From a bacterium (GTDB lineage: Bacteria > SZUA-182 > DTGQ01 > JAFGSM01), in assembly GCA_049472335.1 (NCBI GenBank), contig JBLIRO010000012.1, positions 10,761 to 74,760 on the forward strand: a stretch of 64,000 bases of DNA, written 5' to 3'. The notes under the pieces were generated by a model. The model was not told the origin of the DNA and made no database searches. It saw nothing but the letters and a program-made list of their open reading frames with translations. Shown piece after piece: positions 1 through 10,420 of the stretch. The first letter of the stretch is position 1. Every line of letters starts with the position of its first letter. The translations under genes and the position numbers were made by a program.

Positions 1-207
1 AACACCATATGGAGTTCCGTATTGAGGGAAAAATCCACCACTCATAGGTGCATAAGCACCTGAAGCAGGTGAGAAGGGGAGATTGCCTGAATCCAGTGGT
101 GGTAAATCTGCACCGATGGGTGCAGAATTTAATAAAAAGATAGTAAATGTCAGACATAAAAACGATATAAATATACAAAAAAGCCACTTGCCTCTATTAT
201 TAACCAT
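1..207 (-). CDS. N-terminal part of a secreted hypothetical protein (runs off window start)
   Basis: Manual translation MVNNRGKWLFCIFISFLCLTFTIFLLNSAPIGADLPP..., open to window edge; GGAGG RBS upstream; signal-peptide-like N-terminus. Confidence 0.6.
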   Translation of the reverse strand, partial: MVNNRGKWLFCIFISFLCLTFTIFLLNSAPIGADLPPLDSGNLPFSPASGAYAPMSGGFFPQYGTPYGV

Positions 208-256
208 CTCTAAAACCTCCTAGATATTTTGGACAAAATTAACCAGATTGATATAT

Positions 257-272
257 TGCAAAAATATTGCCA
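257..272 (-). promoter_or_regulatory. sigma-54 (-24/-12) promoter
   Basis: Minus strand TGGCAA-TATTT-TTGCA, matches TGGCAC-N5-TTGC, ~50 nt upstream of the ORF starting at 207. Confidence 0.6.
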
Positions 273-633
273 TAAAACCAAAGATAAATTTAATATTTAA
301 ATTTAAATTTATACCTATTTTTAACCAATTTTTATTAGTTTTTGTTGTTTCAATATGACCTTCCTTTCATGATGATGAATTTTCTTTCATAAATAGGCAA
401 GATTTAACTTCCAAGTAAGTTTTAAAAAATGTTCTATTTTTATTTATACTCAAATGTTTTAATGAATAATTAAAGCGGTCTTATTTCTTACTTGTTATTT
501 GTATTTCCTCCCTGATTATTTTTCTCCATATTAATAGACGCAAAAAAAGAAATTTTTACCCTTGATTTTTCAAGGAGACCTTCATATGCAATATTATTAT
601 ATATAAATTTAATTTATAAATTAAAAAAAACTT

Positions 634-1347
634 CTAAGCCAGAATAACAACAATATCCCCAAAGTGCCGATCTTGAAGTATCTTGACCTTGTTTGTCCTG
701 GCCAATTCCAAGATAGCTAAAAAGCCTATTATAAAATGACCAGGTTCAATATTTTTATATAATAGACGGAAAAAAACCTTTTTCTTTACTTTTAATACAG
801 AAATTATCTCCGTCATCTCATTATGTATTGTAATTGGATCAATAGATACACTATGGGGCTGTGCAGGATTTACCTTTTCTTTGACTATAATATAGTAAGC
901 ATTTAAAAGATCGTACAGGTCCGCTTCGATCATTTCTTCCTTGCAAGGGACAGAGATGCCCCGAGATGGAATGAGTTTGCTGTGCTCGGCTTCCAAATCG
1001 GTTAGAAATTCTGCTTTCTTTTTGCAGACCTGATACTCAATCAACCTTTGAGCAAGCTTCTTCTTGGCTTCTTCGGGGTCTTCATCGTCATCTGAGCCAA
1101 GGCAAAGAAGGGTCCTGGATTTCAGATACATTAAATAAGAGGCCATAACAAGAAAATCTCCTGCCACATCCAGATTGAGATCCTGCATCATGTTTATGTA
1201 ATCAAGGTATTGTTCGGTTATTAGTGCTATGGGAATGTCACGGATATCTAATTTGGACTTTTTTATAAGATGAAGAAGCAGGTCCATAGGTCCCTCGAAG
1301 ACGTTTAATTTGATTTTATAATCATTGTCAGCGTAGTATGATGTCAT
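634..1347 (-). CDS. scpA: Segregation and condensation protein A
   Basis: FEGPMDLLLHLI, ITEQYLDY, FLVMASYLMYLKSR and FLAILEL motifs. Confidence 0.93.
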   Translation of the reverse strand: MTSYYADNDYKIKLNVFEGPMDLLLHLIKKSKLDIRDIPIALITEQYLDYINMMQDLNLDVAGDFLVMASYLMYLKSRTLLCLGSDDDEDPEEAKKKLAQRLIEYQVCKKKAEFLTDLEAEHSKLIPSRGISVPCKEEMIEADLYDLLNAYYIIVKEKVNPAQPHSVSIDPITIHNEMTEIISVLKVKKKVFFRLLYKNIEPGHFIIGFLAILELARTNKVKILQDRHFGDIVVILA

Positions 1348-4013
1348 GACTTGTAAGATTTCTCACCTTTTCGGACACCGGAAATGTCCCCGAACCGTTT
1401 CTTAATGAATTCCATTTCCTCGTTATGATTCGAAACCAGGCCATCCAGTCTGGCCTTCAATATTTCCTGAAAGATTTTCTTGTAGACTGGTCCGGGAACA
1501 AATCCCATTCCTTTCAAATCGTCGCCGGTCACAGATATACGGACCTTTTTAAGAGAGGTCAAAAATTGAGACGTCATCTTTTTGGATTTTGAATCCTCAC
1601 ATTTGGCCATCAGAAATAGTAATCCTTCTGTGGGTATCGGGTAAAGAAGAAAATAAATCTTGCTGTATTGATTGTTTTTGAGCCGGTAGAGCTTCTTCGG
1701 CATTTCTTTGCCTGTTCTATGGCAATACAAGACCTTTTCTCTATGTTTGATAGATAAATTAAGATGGTCGAGGAGAGGGATCAGCTCTTTTTCATTTAAG
1801 GAATCCGTTAATGCAAGGAAATATACGATCCATTTTTCAATTTTTTCTGTGAGGTAAAGGAGATCATACCATGTAATCACATTTCTGACTTCAGTGATCA
1901 ATTTTTCCAGGCCGGGTCCATATTCAATAGAGGGATGAATATGCTCGAGCAATTTAAACTCCCCCATACGGCTCATAGCCTTTGTAGGGTCAGACTCTTG
2001 AAAGATCAGGTATAATTCCGGGAAAACTCTCTTTCCATTCAGTTTTGACGGCAATCCCCTGTTCACTGCAGAAATTATAAGATTTTTTGTATATTTTCCT
2101 ATCTGAAAACCGTATCTTTGTTCAAACCTTATGGCACGATAGACCCTTGTCGGATCTTCTACGAAACTGAGGCTATGCATAACCCTTATTTTTTTGTCCT
2201 TTAGATCCCTTTGCCCTCCGAAAAAATCAATGAGTCTGCCAAAATGATTGGGATTTAACTGAATGGCCAGGGTATTGATCGTAAAATCCCGTCTGTACAG
2301 GTCGTGTTTAATAGAGCTCATCTCTACATTAGGCAAATCAACGGGTTTTGAATAATATTCCAATCGGGCTGTCGCTATATCCAATTTAAATCCATCAGGA
2401 AGAACAATAACGGCAGTGGCGAACTTCTGATGAGTGCAAAGCCTTCCTCCAAGTTTATGATTGAGATATTCCGCCAATAATATCCCGTTGCCTTCAACCA
2501 CAATATCTATATCCAGATTTTCCACTCTCAACATAAGATCTCTGACAAATCCCCCAACTACATAGGCAGAAAATCCCAGTTCTTCTGCAACCTCCCCGGC
2601 AGTCTTCAGCAACGTCTGGATTCTGTCCGGCAATCGTTCCTTAATAAGGCTGGTGAGGTTTTTTGATTGATAGTCAATCCTTTCGGAACCGCCCTTCTCC
2701 AATAATGAAAGGGTCAACCTGGACAGATCGTCATGGAGCACCCTTAGGAGATCTGTTTTTGTGATAACTCCAACTATATTTTTGTTATTTAGAACAGGGA
2801 GAAATCTCTGGTTGCTTTCTATCATTAATTCTCTTACCTTATCAAGAGATGTTTCCGGGGTCACGGTAAGGAGATCGCTTACCATTAATTCCTTGACCTT
2901 GGCATTCTTCATTCCATGTCCTATAGCCTTGTCTATTGTCTGTCTGGTAATAAGGCCTATCAATGCATCCTGGTTCCCTGTCACAGGAATGGTATTGATG
3001 CTGTATTGGTTTAACAGGTCTTTTGTTTCTATAATAGTCCGATTCTCGTTTACGGTTTTTACAGGTGATGTCATGATTTCCTGAGCCGTTTTGGGTATAT
3101 GTATCCTATCCTTTAAAACCATTAACAGCTTTTCCTTGACCTGGATCAAGGTCATTTCCTTGATCGTAGCAGATGCGGCTGTATGGTGTCCTCCTCCATT
3201 GAATTCCCTGGCAATCTGACCGGCGTCCACCTCACTGATCCTGCTTCTGGCCACAAGATGGATTCTGCCTTCCATCCGGATCAGGATGAAGAGAGTATCA
3301 AGGTTTTCTATGTCCCTTATCTTGTGGGCTAGTATTGCTATATCTCCCACATACTTATCAATTGACGCCGTAGCGATATTAATGGAGATATGATTGATTA
3401 CATGGGCCTCCATGGATTTTAAAAGCTCATTCATGAGATCGATATGCTCCGTTGTCATTCCCCGGTCGATCAGGTCCGCAATCATATTGAGATTTGCACC
3501 CTGAGTGAGAAGATAACCCGCTGCGTGCAAATCTTCTGATGTTGTTGAGCTAAAGATCAGGGAGCCGGTGTCTTCATAAATTCCCAGCGCCATAATGGTA
3601 GCTTCATGTGGGGTGATTTGGATCCTTTTTTCCTGGAAGATTTGGACAAATAATGTGGTTGTGGCGCCAACAGGTTTGACTAATTCGTATTGCCCATGGA
3701 TATCATTGGGATGGCTTGGATGATGGTCGAAGATATGAATAGTCAAATTTGGAACATTTAATACTTTTGAAAAATCACCTATCCGATCCGCCATTCTCGT
3801 ATCTACCAATATAAGATGATCAATTTGAGACAAATCGATTTCCTTGAGCTTGAAATGTTGGACCTTATATTCAGGAATCTTAAGAAGATAGCGGAGATTA
3901 GCTTCCTGTGAGCCAGGGAAAACTATTTTTGCCTTGGGGTACAGTTTTTTTGCTGCCAGCATAGAGGCAAGGGCATCGAAATCCGCATTAATATGTGTTG
4001 TGATAACCTGCAT
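1344..4013 (-). CDS. DHH-CBS-tRNA nucleotidyltransferase (CCA/A-adding enzyme)
   Basis: HINADFDA/DHH/GGGH N-terminus, CBS pair, VGGFVRD, DIDIVVEG, DLYRRDFTIN, EDPTRVYRAIRF. Confidence 0.92.
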   Translation of the reverse strand: MQVITTHINADFDALASMLAAKKLYPKAKIVFPGSQEANLRYLLKIPEYKVQHFKLKEIDLSQIDHLILVDTRMADRIGDFSKVLNVPNLTIHIFDHHPSHPNDIHGQYELVKPVGATTTLFVQIFQEKRIQITPHEATIMALGIYEDTGSLIFSSTTSEDLHAAGYLLTQGANLNMIADLIDRGMTTEHIDLMNELLKSMEAHVINHISINIATASIDKYVGDIAILAHKIRDIENLDTLFILIRMEGRIHLVARSRISEVDAGQIAREFNGGGHHTAASATIKEMTLIQVKEKLLMVLKDRIHIPKTAQEIMTSPVKTVNENRTIIETKDLLNQYSINTIPVTGNQDALIGLITRQTIDKAIGHGMKNAKVKELMVSDLLTVTPETSLDKVRELMIESNQRFLPVLNNKNIVGVITKTDLLRVLHDDLSRLTLSLLEKGGSERIDYQSKNLTSLIKERLPDRIQTLLKTAGEVAEELGFSAYVVGGFVRDLMLRVENLDIDIVVEGNGILLAEYLNHKLGGRLCTHQKFATAVIVLPDGFKLDIATARLEYYSKPVDLPNVEMSSIKHDLYRRDFTINTLAIQLNPNHFGRLIDFFGGQRDLKDKKIRVMHSLSFVEDPTRVYRAIRFEQRYGFQIGKYTKNLIISAVNRGLPSKLNGKRVFPELYLIFQESDPTKAMSRMGEFKLLEHIHPSIEYGPGLEKLITEVRNVITWYDLLYLTEKIEKWIVYFLALTDSLNEKELIPLLDHLNLSIKHREKVLYCHRTGKEMPKKLYRLKNNQYSKIYFLLYPIPTEGLLFLMAKCEDSKSKKMTSQFLTSLKKVRISVTGDDLKGMGFVPGPVYKKIFQEILKARLDGLVSNHNEEMEFIKKRFGDISGVRKGEKSYKS

Positions 4014-4017
4014 AAGC

Positions 4018-4938
4018 TTATATTATTTCAGTAAGATCCTCAAAGTAGGTCAAGTGTTTAAATTCTTTAAACCTGGCCTTTATCTCCCGAGGGTCCAGAT
4101 TTATCAGTCTCTGAGGGGTAAAAGTCTCAACGCAAAAGGACGCCATTACACTTCCCATGATGATCCCTTTTCTTATGCTATTTTCATCGATATTACCGGT
4201 ATTTGAAAGAAAACCCATAAGCCCTCCGGCAAAGCTGTCGCCTGCCCCGGTGGGATCATATAATTCTTCCAATGGATATGCAGGGGCTGAGAAAACGGAA
4301 TTACCGGAAAACATCAAAACACCATATTCACCTCGCTTAATGATCAGAGCTTTCGGGCCCCAGGAAAGGATCTTTCTTGAAGCCTTAACAAGGTTGGGCT
4401 CTTTTGTCAGTTGCCTGACTTCAGCTTCATTAATAATTACTATATCCACCCTCTGCATAGTCTTCTTTAATGACTCGGGCTTGTTTTCTATCCAAAAATT
4501 CATTGTGTCGCATGCCACAAGTCTTGGGGAATTGATTTGATTCAAGACCTGTCTTTGTATATCAGGATCGATATTGGCCAGAAAGACAAATTGACTATGC
4601 TGATATTTAGGGGGTAATTGCGGATTGAAATCCTGAAAGACATTGAGCTGTGTATCAATTGTCTGGGCTTCATTAAGATCAAATCCATACTCTCCAACCC
4701 AACGGAATGTTTTCCCCTTTGCTATTTGAAGCCCTGATAAATCTATTCCCTTGTCCCGGAATATAGCAATGTGTTCTTTTGAGAAGTCCTCTCCGACCAC
4801 AGCTACTAAATTTACATCGGTTAAATGATTCGCCGCCATGGAAAAATAAGTAGCTGATCCTCCCAGGGCCTCTTTTGCCTTGCCAAAAGGGGTTTTTATG
4901 GTGTCCAATGCAATCGATCCCACAACAAGAAGACTCAT
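4018..4938 (-). CDS. PfkB-family carbohydrate kinase
   Basis: GGSATY and DPTGAGDSFAGG signature; start moved to MSLLVVGS after AGGAGG RBS. Confidence 0.88.
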   Translation of the reverse strand: MSLLVVGSIALDTIKTPFGKAKEALGGSATYFSMAANHLTDVNLVAVVGEDFSKEHIAIFRDKGIDLSGLQIAKGKTFRWVGEYGFDLNEAQTIDTQLNVFQDFNPQLPPKYQHSQFVFLANIDPDIQRQVLNQINSPRLVACDTMNFWIENKPESLKKTMQRVDIVIINEAEVRQLTKEPNLVKASRKILSWGPKALIIKRGEYGVLMFSGNSVFSAPAYPLEELYDPTGAGDSFAGGLMGFLSNTGNIDENSIRKGIIMGSVMASFCVETFTPQRLINLDPREIKARFKEFKHLTYFEDLTEII

Positions 4939-5425
4939 TATGAAAACCTCCTTAAATGGTTTTTTTCTTAAAGAACTTTTTTTAAATGTTAATAAAATCC
5001 TTGATATATTCTTCAAGTAAATTATAAATTAAAAATCCATAATATATTATCATAATAGAATTATTGATACCATAGAAAGTTATTAAAAAAGAGTTACATT
5101 TGACAAAAGATAGAAAAAAAATTATATTTATATTATTGGATAGAAATTTTTATATACTTGCAAAAATCAAAGAGTTTCCATTTTGACAATTTCCCCTCAT
5201 TATATAAATTTTCTTTGACTGCCGGGTTTTTGTAAAATGGAAGCAATATTCCTTGCTTTAAAAAGCTAGAGGATTTGTGTGGTTAATGCCCTATCTGTCT
5301 AATTTTATATCCAAAATTTTACTATCATAAAGACAAAAAAAATCAAAAAGGGAAAAAAGCGTTAGAGAATTTTTAAATGACTTCTGGTTTTCCTTTATTT
5401 ACCAAAAAGTTAACAAATGAGACAG

Positions 5426-5586
5426 GTGCCTGCTCAAAAACCATGTGGTTTTCGTGGAGGTAATGCAAATAGCAAATTGCAAAATGAAAAATGAAAATTT
5501 AAGGAATAGATTATTTTGCATTTTAAAATTTGCATTTTGCAATTTGCAATTTTTCTCAAGATGCCACCGAGATTTTGAGGAGTCAC
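5426..5586. mobile_element. MITE-like element, copy 1
   Basis: Ends GTGCCTGCTCAAAA...TTTTGAGGAGTCAC form imperfect TIRs; flanked by 8-bp direct repeat TGAGACAG (5418-5425, 5587-5594); similar to 62716-62869. Confidence 0.85.
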
Positions 5587-5673
5587 TGAGACAGCTTCTG
5601 TCAGTTACTTTATTGCTGGAAGTAAATGATGATGGTTGTACAATGGTTTTTATCACATAAACAGGGGGAAAAA

Positions 5674-7506
5674 ATGTACAATGATAATAGCATGATGGAC
5701 AAATTATGTATATGGCCTTTAATTCTTCTATTGTCTTTTCAGTTTATATTTATTTTTATAGCAAGGGATGTTTATGGATCAAAACTTATATCATGTTATG
5801 CAAGTTTGGATCTAAAAGAGTTTAATCCAAATTACCCTGACAAAATTGAGGCGAAGTCAGTTTTATCTTTTATGTATCTGATAAATGGAACCTTTCAATT
5901 AACATTATTTATCGAGACATATGATCCACTTATGCCTGAAGTATTGATCCAATTTTATCCTGATAACGGGGAAGATGGTTATACCAGGGGGAATTTTTCT
6001 AAAGTCCCTTTGTCGGAACTTGATACGGATCGGACCGCGCCCGGTCTTCTGGAATTGGATCTATCTGATTATATTAGTTACTTTTATGGAATATCCGACA
6101 ATGAGTTTAAAGCGATATCCAAGATCGGAATCCGTGGAATTGATTGTTATATAGGTGATATTTGGTTGAAAGATCCGGATACGTTTAATTATTATCCGGA
6201 TCCGAATACGGGTAAGCTTTTAATTGATTCAGATCCAAATATGGATATCTTTGAACAGGGATGGGCTTCTAATAATTCTTATGATTCATTTGTAACAACA
6301 AAAAAAGTGCCAATGGAAGAAAACGGATATAATATGTTCAGGGCATTTATTTATCTCAAAGGAGAGGATATGGCTGATCCTCCGGCGGCCTCATCTGATT
6401 CCAAATCAGATGATTCTACTGATACCTCCAGTAGTAATTCAATTTTGGGCTATCCTTATGGTTACAATCTGTATTCCTATCCAGGCATAAGCTATCCTGT
6501 TAGTTTAACCTCTGCGTCCGGAAGTGGTTATACCGGCGGTTATGCAAGCGGATATGGTTATTATGGGGGGCTAAGGTCATATGCAGGCTTAGGCTCATAT
6601 GGTTACGGAATGTATGGCGGTTTAGGCATGTATGGCGGCGGTTTATATGGTATGTATGGCGGCTTAGGCTCATATGGTTACGGAATGTATGGCGGTTTAG
6701 GCATGTATGGAGGCCTTTATGGCGGCCTTGGCATGTATGGCGGTTTAGGCATGTATGGAGGCCTTTATGGCGGCCTTGGCATGTATGGCGGTTTAGGCAT
6801 GTATGGCGGCGGTTTATATGGTATGTATGGCGGCTTATATGGCGGCTTAGGGTTATATGGAGGGCTAGGAGGATTATACGGTCTAGGAAGCGAAGTCCTT
6901 TTAACCCTTGCCCTGCTCCAGAATCCCGATATTGTCCTTCCTCTGCCCGGAGATATCCCTTCTTTTCTGTCCGGTCTTTTCGGTTCTCTTTCCCAGGTGT
7001 CGGCTCCTGTAACACTAACACCCGGAGCGGTTGCCCCTGTACTCCCCGCACCGGTTGTTCCTGTGGCTACAGGAACGGCTCCGGTGTCACCTGTTGTGGT
7101 TACGTCAACTCCTATAACTCCGGTGACTGTACCTGCTGTTAGCCCGTCTCCTGTAATTCCTGCCCCCGTGGTTCCCGCACTCCCGGTAACAACACCAACA
7201 GCGGTTGCGCCTCTTCCTGTACCTCTTGTTCCTCTGGCAACCACACCGGTCACATTACCAGTTGTTACCACTACCCCTGTTATTCCGGCACCGGCTGTTC
7301 CTTTGCCTACTGTGACATTACCTGTAAATATTCCGGCACCGGTTGTGCCACCTGCCATGCCTGTGACAAAATTTGGTCCCGGAGTTCCTGGGGCTGGCGG
7401 CGGAGGGATACCCGGAGGAGGCATCCCAGGCGGAGGTGTTCCGGGTGGAGGCATTGGAGGCGGTTTATTTGGAGTTGGCAAAATTACCGGAATGCCTGTG
7501 ATATAA
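5674..7506 (+). CDS. Secreted/membrane-anchored protein with Gly-Tyr-Leu-Met repeat block, Pro/Val/Thr stalk and Gly-Pro tail
   Basis: Hydrophobic N-terminus, globular region, many YGGLGMYGG repeats, PVVP-rich region, PGGGIPGGG; start at 5674 after AGGGGG RBS. Confidence 0.75.
   Translation: MYNDNSMMDKLCIWPLILLLSFQFIFIFIARDVYGSKLISCYASLDLKEFNPNYPDKIEAKSVLSFMYLINGTFQLTLFIETYDPLMPEVLIQFYPDNGEDGYTRGNFSKVPLSELDTDRTAPGLLELDLSDYISYFYGISDNEFKAISKIGIRGIDCYIGDIWLKDPDTFNYYPDPNTGKLLIDSDPNMDIFEQGWASNNSYDSFVTTKKVPMEENGYNMFRAFIYLKGEDMADPPAASSDSKSDDSTDTSSSNSILGYPYGYNLYSYPGISYPVSLTSASGSGYTGGYASGYGYYGGLRSYAGLGSYGYGMYGGLGMYGGGLYGMYGGLGSYGYGMYGGLGMYGGLYGGLGMYGGLGMYGGLYGGLGMYGGLGMYGGGLYGMYGGLYGGLGLYGGLGGLYGLGSEVLLTLALLQNPDIVLPLPGDIPSFLSGLFGSLSQVSAPVTLTPGAVAPVLPAPVVPVATGTAPVSPVVVTSTPITPVTVPAVSPSPVIPAPVVPALPVTTPTAVAPLPVPLVPLATTPVTLPVVTTTPVIPAPAVPLPTVTLPVNIPAPVVPPAMPVTKFGPGVPGAGGGGIPGGGIPGGGVPGGGIGGGLFGVGKITGMPVI
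6530..6885 (+). repeat. Intragenic tandem repeats encoding (G/L)YGG(L/M)
   Basis: Repeated GGCATGTATGGCGG/GGTTTAGGC units with exact internal duplications. Confidence 0.85.
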
Positions 7507-7560
7507 GAGTATTACTTTAGGCACTTTAGCGCACTTTCTTTTATCCAGCTTTTCGAAGCG

Positions 7561-8226
7561 TTATTCAAAGATTTGTAAAGGTTGATGTGCGGCCATTCTT
7601 GCCACTTCGCGGTTCTGACTATTTAAAAAATTGATGGTAGGAAAATCATCTGTTGAACATTCACTTCTTATTTTATAATAGCAGGTCTGTTTTGCATACC
7701 TCATTGCTACCAGATTAAACATGACCTGTTTCTGTATCGGGGGAAGATAATACCAGATGTCTGCTACATAGAGTGTGAGCTTATTGCCACCATCTCCGAT
7801 TTCAAATCCGGTTACCATCTCCTGCATAAACTGTTGTAAAGCCCTCTGGTTTATAAAAGCAATGAGGTTATCCATGTCAGTCCTGATTTGATCCAATGCC
7901 TGTATATTTTCCTGGTTCTCATTATCTCTTGTCGCATCAGGGGTCTTTGGGTATGAGTGTCTATCTTTTTCTTTTAGACTATCTTTATCTTTGGAAGATT
8001 TTTCGGCTTTTTGGGGGAGGGCCTCTTCAATGGTTTTTCTTTTTTCAAATACAGTATTGGGAGAAAGAAAGGGGGTAGAAAATATGTCCTTATCCGTTTT
8101 TTCATCCTGAGTTATGGATTTTGTCTTTGAGCCGGAATAGAAAAACAGATAATATACCAGGGCCGAAATGACAATGATTATAACTATAAGGATTATGCTG
8201 CTTGTAATGTCTCTGCTATTCTTCAT
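7561..8226 (-). CDS. Hypothetical protein with N-terminal TM anchor
   Basis: 221-aa ORF, IILIVIIIVISALVYYLFF TM segment. Confidence 0.7.
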   Translation of the reverse strand: MKNSRDITSSIILIVIIIVISALVYYLFFYSGSKTKSITQDEKTDKDIFSTPFLSPNTVFEKRKTIEEALPQKAEKSSKDKDSLKEKDRHSYPKTPDATRDNENQENIQALDQIRTDMDNLIAFINQRALQQFMQEMVTGFEIGDGGNKLTLYVADIWYYLPPIQKQVMFNLVAMRYAKQTCYYKIRSECSTDDFPTINFLNSQNREVARMAAHQPLQIFE

Positions 8227-8559
8227 AAAACAATCATATCATTAATAGGGATAAAAAGTACAGCTTAGGAGACATTTAATTTGTAAAAAAACTGATGAAG
8301 TAGTTTTTAAGGCCATTGTTCAGGTAAAATACCGGTTGATTGAAGAAAATTTTTTGATTTTTATTAAAATCTATTTAACCAATAAATTCAAATAGATAAA
8401 TATAAATAATTCGTAGAAATAGGCATAGAAACCATTTTCAGCTAATTCAAGACTTGACAAGATATGAGGGTTATAGTATCTAATAACGTGAGCGGTATTA
8501 TTCTTTACTTTTAAGGGTTCTTTAAACCAATATTGTATCTCTAAGAAAGGAGGGAAGGG

Positions 8560-8829
8560 TTGAATAAGGCGGATTTAGTTGAAAAAATGGCAGGTGAGGC
8601 TGGTATTAGCAAGGTTGCCGGAGAGAAGTCATTGAATGCATTTATCGATGGAATTAAGGGCGCCTTGAAAAAGGGTGAGAACGTAACCCTGATCGGGTTT
8701 GGAACTTTCTCGGTTGCAAATCGTAAATCTCGGGTAGGACGTAATCCTCAAACAGGTGCTGAGTTAAAGATACCAGCAAGGAAAGTTGTAAAATTCAAGC
8801 CTGGTAAAGGCTTAAAAGACATTCTCTAA
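8560..8829 (+). CDS. hup: DNA-binding protein HU
   Basis: MNKADLV, LIGFGTF, GRNPQTG, KFKPGK. Confidence 0.95.
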   Translation: MNKADLVEKMAGEAGISKVAGEKSLNAFIDGIKGALKKGENVTLIGFGTFSVANRKSRVGRNPQTGAELKIPARKVVKFKPGKGLKDIL

Positions 8830-8842
8830 ATTTTTTTCAAAC

Positions 8843-8900
8843 AGGGGGTAACAAGAGACAGAGACAATTCTGTCTCTTGTGGTACCCCCTTAGTTTTTTC
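8843..8900 (+). terminator. Long hairpin plus T-tract after hup
   Basis: AGGGGGTA-ACAAGAGACAGA...TCTGTCTCTTGT-GG-TACCCCCT followed by TAGTTTTTT. Confidence 0.7.
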
Positions 8901-8938
8901 TCGCAGAATTTTTAATTTCTTTTTATAAATAGCAGAAG

Positions 8939-10420
8939 ATGAAAGACGACATCTGTACTCAACCCATTCATAAACTTAAAAAGCTCATTACAGGGAAAAA
9001 AATCAGTTCTAAGGAGCTGGTTAGTTCATATTTAAAAAGAATAGATAAGATTGATCCTCAGATTAACGGATATGTCACTGTGGATGAGGATAAGATATTA
9101 GCCAGGGTTTCGGAGATCGATAATCAGCTTAACAATGGTTTGGACACCGGGCCCCTAACAGGTATCCCCATTGCGGTAAAGGATAATATCTGTACAAAGG
9201 GTCTAATAACGACCTGTTCATCCAATATCCTGAAGCCTTTTGTGCCTCCTTATAATGCCCACGTGGTGGAAAGGCTTTATAATGCCGGAGCGATCGTTTT
9301 AGGTAAGACTAATATGGATGAATTTGCTATGGGGTCATCCACAGAAACCTCCTGCTTCGGACCAACTATTAATCCATGGGCGGAAAACAGGGTGTCAGGA
9401 GGCTCTTCAGGGGGATCTGCCGCCATAGTCGCTTCTGATATGGCCCCGGCGGCATTGGGGTCGGATACAGGGGGATCCATACGCCAGCCAGCCGCCTTCT
9501 GCGGGGTTGCCGGATTAAAACCAACCTATGGGCGGATATCCAGATACGGGCTTGTTGCCTATGCATCTTCCCTCGATCAGATCGGGCCCATAGCCAGGGA
9601 TGTAACCGACTGTGCGTTACTCCTTTCCATTATAAGCGGTAAGGATGACAGAGACAGCACATCTGTAAATGCACCGGTTCCTGATTATGAAGAGTTTTTA
9701 ACTGACGACATAAAAGGGATCAGGGTGGGAAAGCCCAAGGAGTATTTTATCGGCGGGCTAGATCATGATGTCTCTCATCATGTCCAAAGCGCCATTGAAA
9801 TCTTCTCCCAAATCGGTGGGGATGTGGAGGAAATCTCATTGCCTCATACAGATTATGCCATTGCCAGCTATTATCTGATCGCAACCGCTGAAGCGAGTTC
9901 CAATCTGGCACGCTATGATGGTGTAAAATATGGTTTCAGAGATTCTGAGCATATGGACCTAGGCCAGATGTATCACTTAACAAGACAAAGGGGTTTGGGC
10001 CTTGAGGTAAAACGCAGGATTATGCTCGGCACTTATGCACTAAGTTCCGGATATTATGATGCTTATTATCTAAAGGCATTAAAGGTAAGGACCCTGATAA
10101 AAAAAGATTTTGATTATGCATTTGAAAATCATGACGTAATAATAACCCCCACTACTCCCACACCCGCGTTTAAGCTGGGTGAGAATATCACTGACCCTCT
10201 TCAAATGTATCTTAATGATATTTATACAATATCAGCAAATTTAGCCGGGATACCCGCTATTTCAATTCCGTGTGGCTTTACTGAAGAGGGACTTCCAATA
10301 GGCGTCCAGATTTTGGGAAGACCCTTTGAGGAAGGCATTGTTCTTAAAGTGGCTTTTGCCCTGGAGCAGGCACTGGACCTGAAAAGGCCTTTAAGGTTCT
10401 GGGAGAAGGTGCAGAAATGA
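8939..10420 (+). CDS. gatA: Asp/Glu-tRNA amidotransferase subunit A
   Basis: [45 protein letters not shown]. Confidence 0.97.
   Translation: MKDDICTQPIHKLKKLITGKKISSKELVSSYLKRIDKIDPQINGYVTVDEDKILARVSEIDNQLNNGLDTGPLTGIPIAVKDNICTKGLITTCSSNILKPFVPPYNAHVVERLYNAGAIVLGKTNMDEFAMGSSTETSCFGPTINPWAENRVSGGSSGGSAAIVASDMAPAALGSDTGGSIRQPAAFCGVAGLKPTYGRISRYGLVAYASSLDQIGPIARDVTDCALLLSIISGKDDRDSTSVNAPVPDYEEFLTDDIKGIRVGKPKEYFIGGLDHDVSHHVQSAIEIFSQIGGDVEEISLPHTDYAIASYYLIATAEASSNLARYDGVKYGFRDSEHMDLGQMYHLTRQRGLGLEVKRRIMLGTYALSSGYYDAYYLKALKVRTLIKKDFDYAFENHDVIITPTTPTPAFKLGENITDPLQMYLNDIYTISANLAGIPAISIPCGFTEEGLPIGVQILGRPFEEGIVLKVAFALEQALDLKRPLRFWEKVQK

Noticed and set aside
5399..5660. ORFs 5399-5656, 5445-5660 and 62698-62883
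   Set aside because: Spurious frames across the MITE copies
6530..6885. CRISPR-like array
   Set aside because: In-frame coding repeats without unique spacers; no cas genes. The same applies to the 54785-54860 repeats
6500..7481. Antisense ORFs of 183 and 238 aa
   Set aside because: Shadows of the repetitive + strand gene; the same holds for the many short antisense ORFs within core genes
8830..8938. gatC absent before gatA (and scpB absent after scpA)
   Set aside because: Probably encoded elsewhere; cannot be judged from one window
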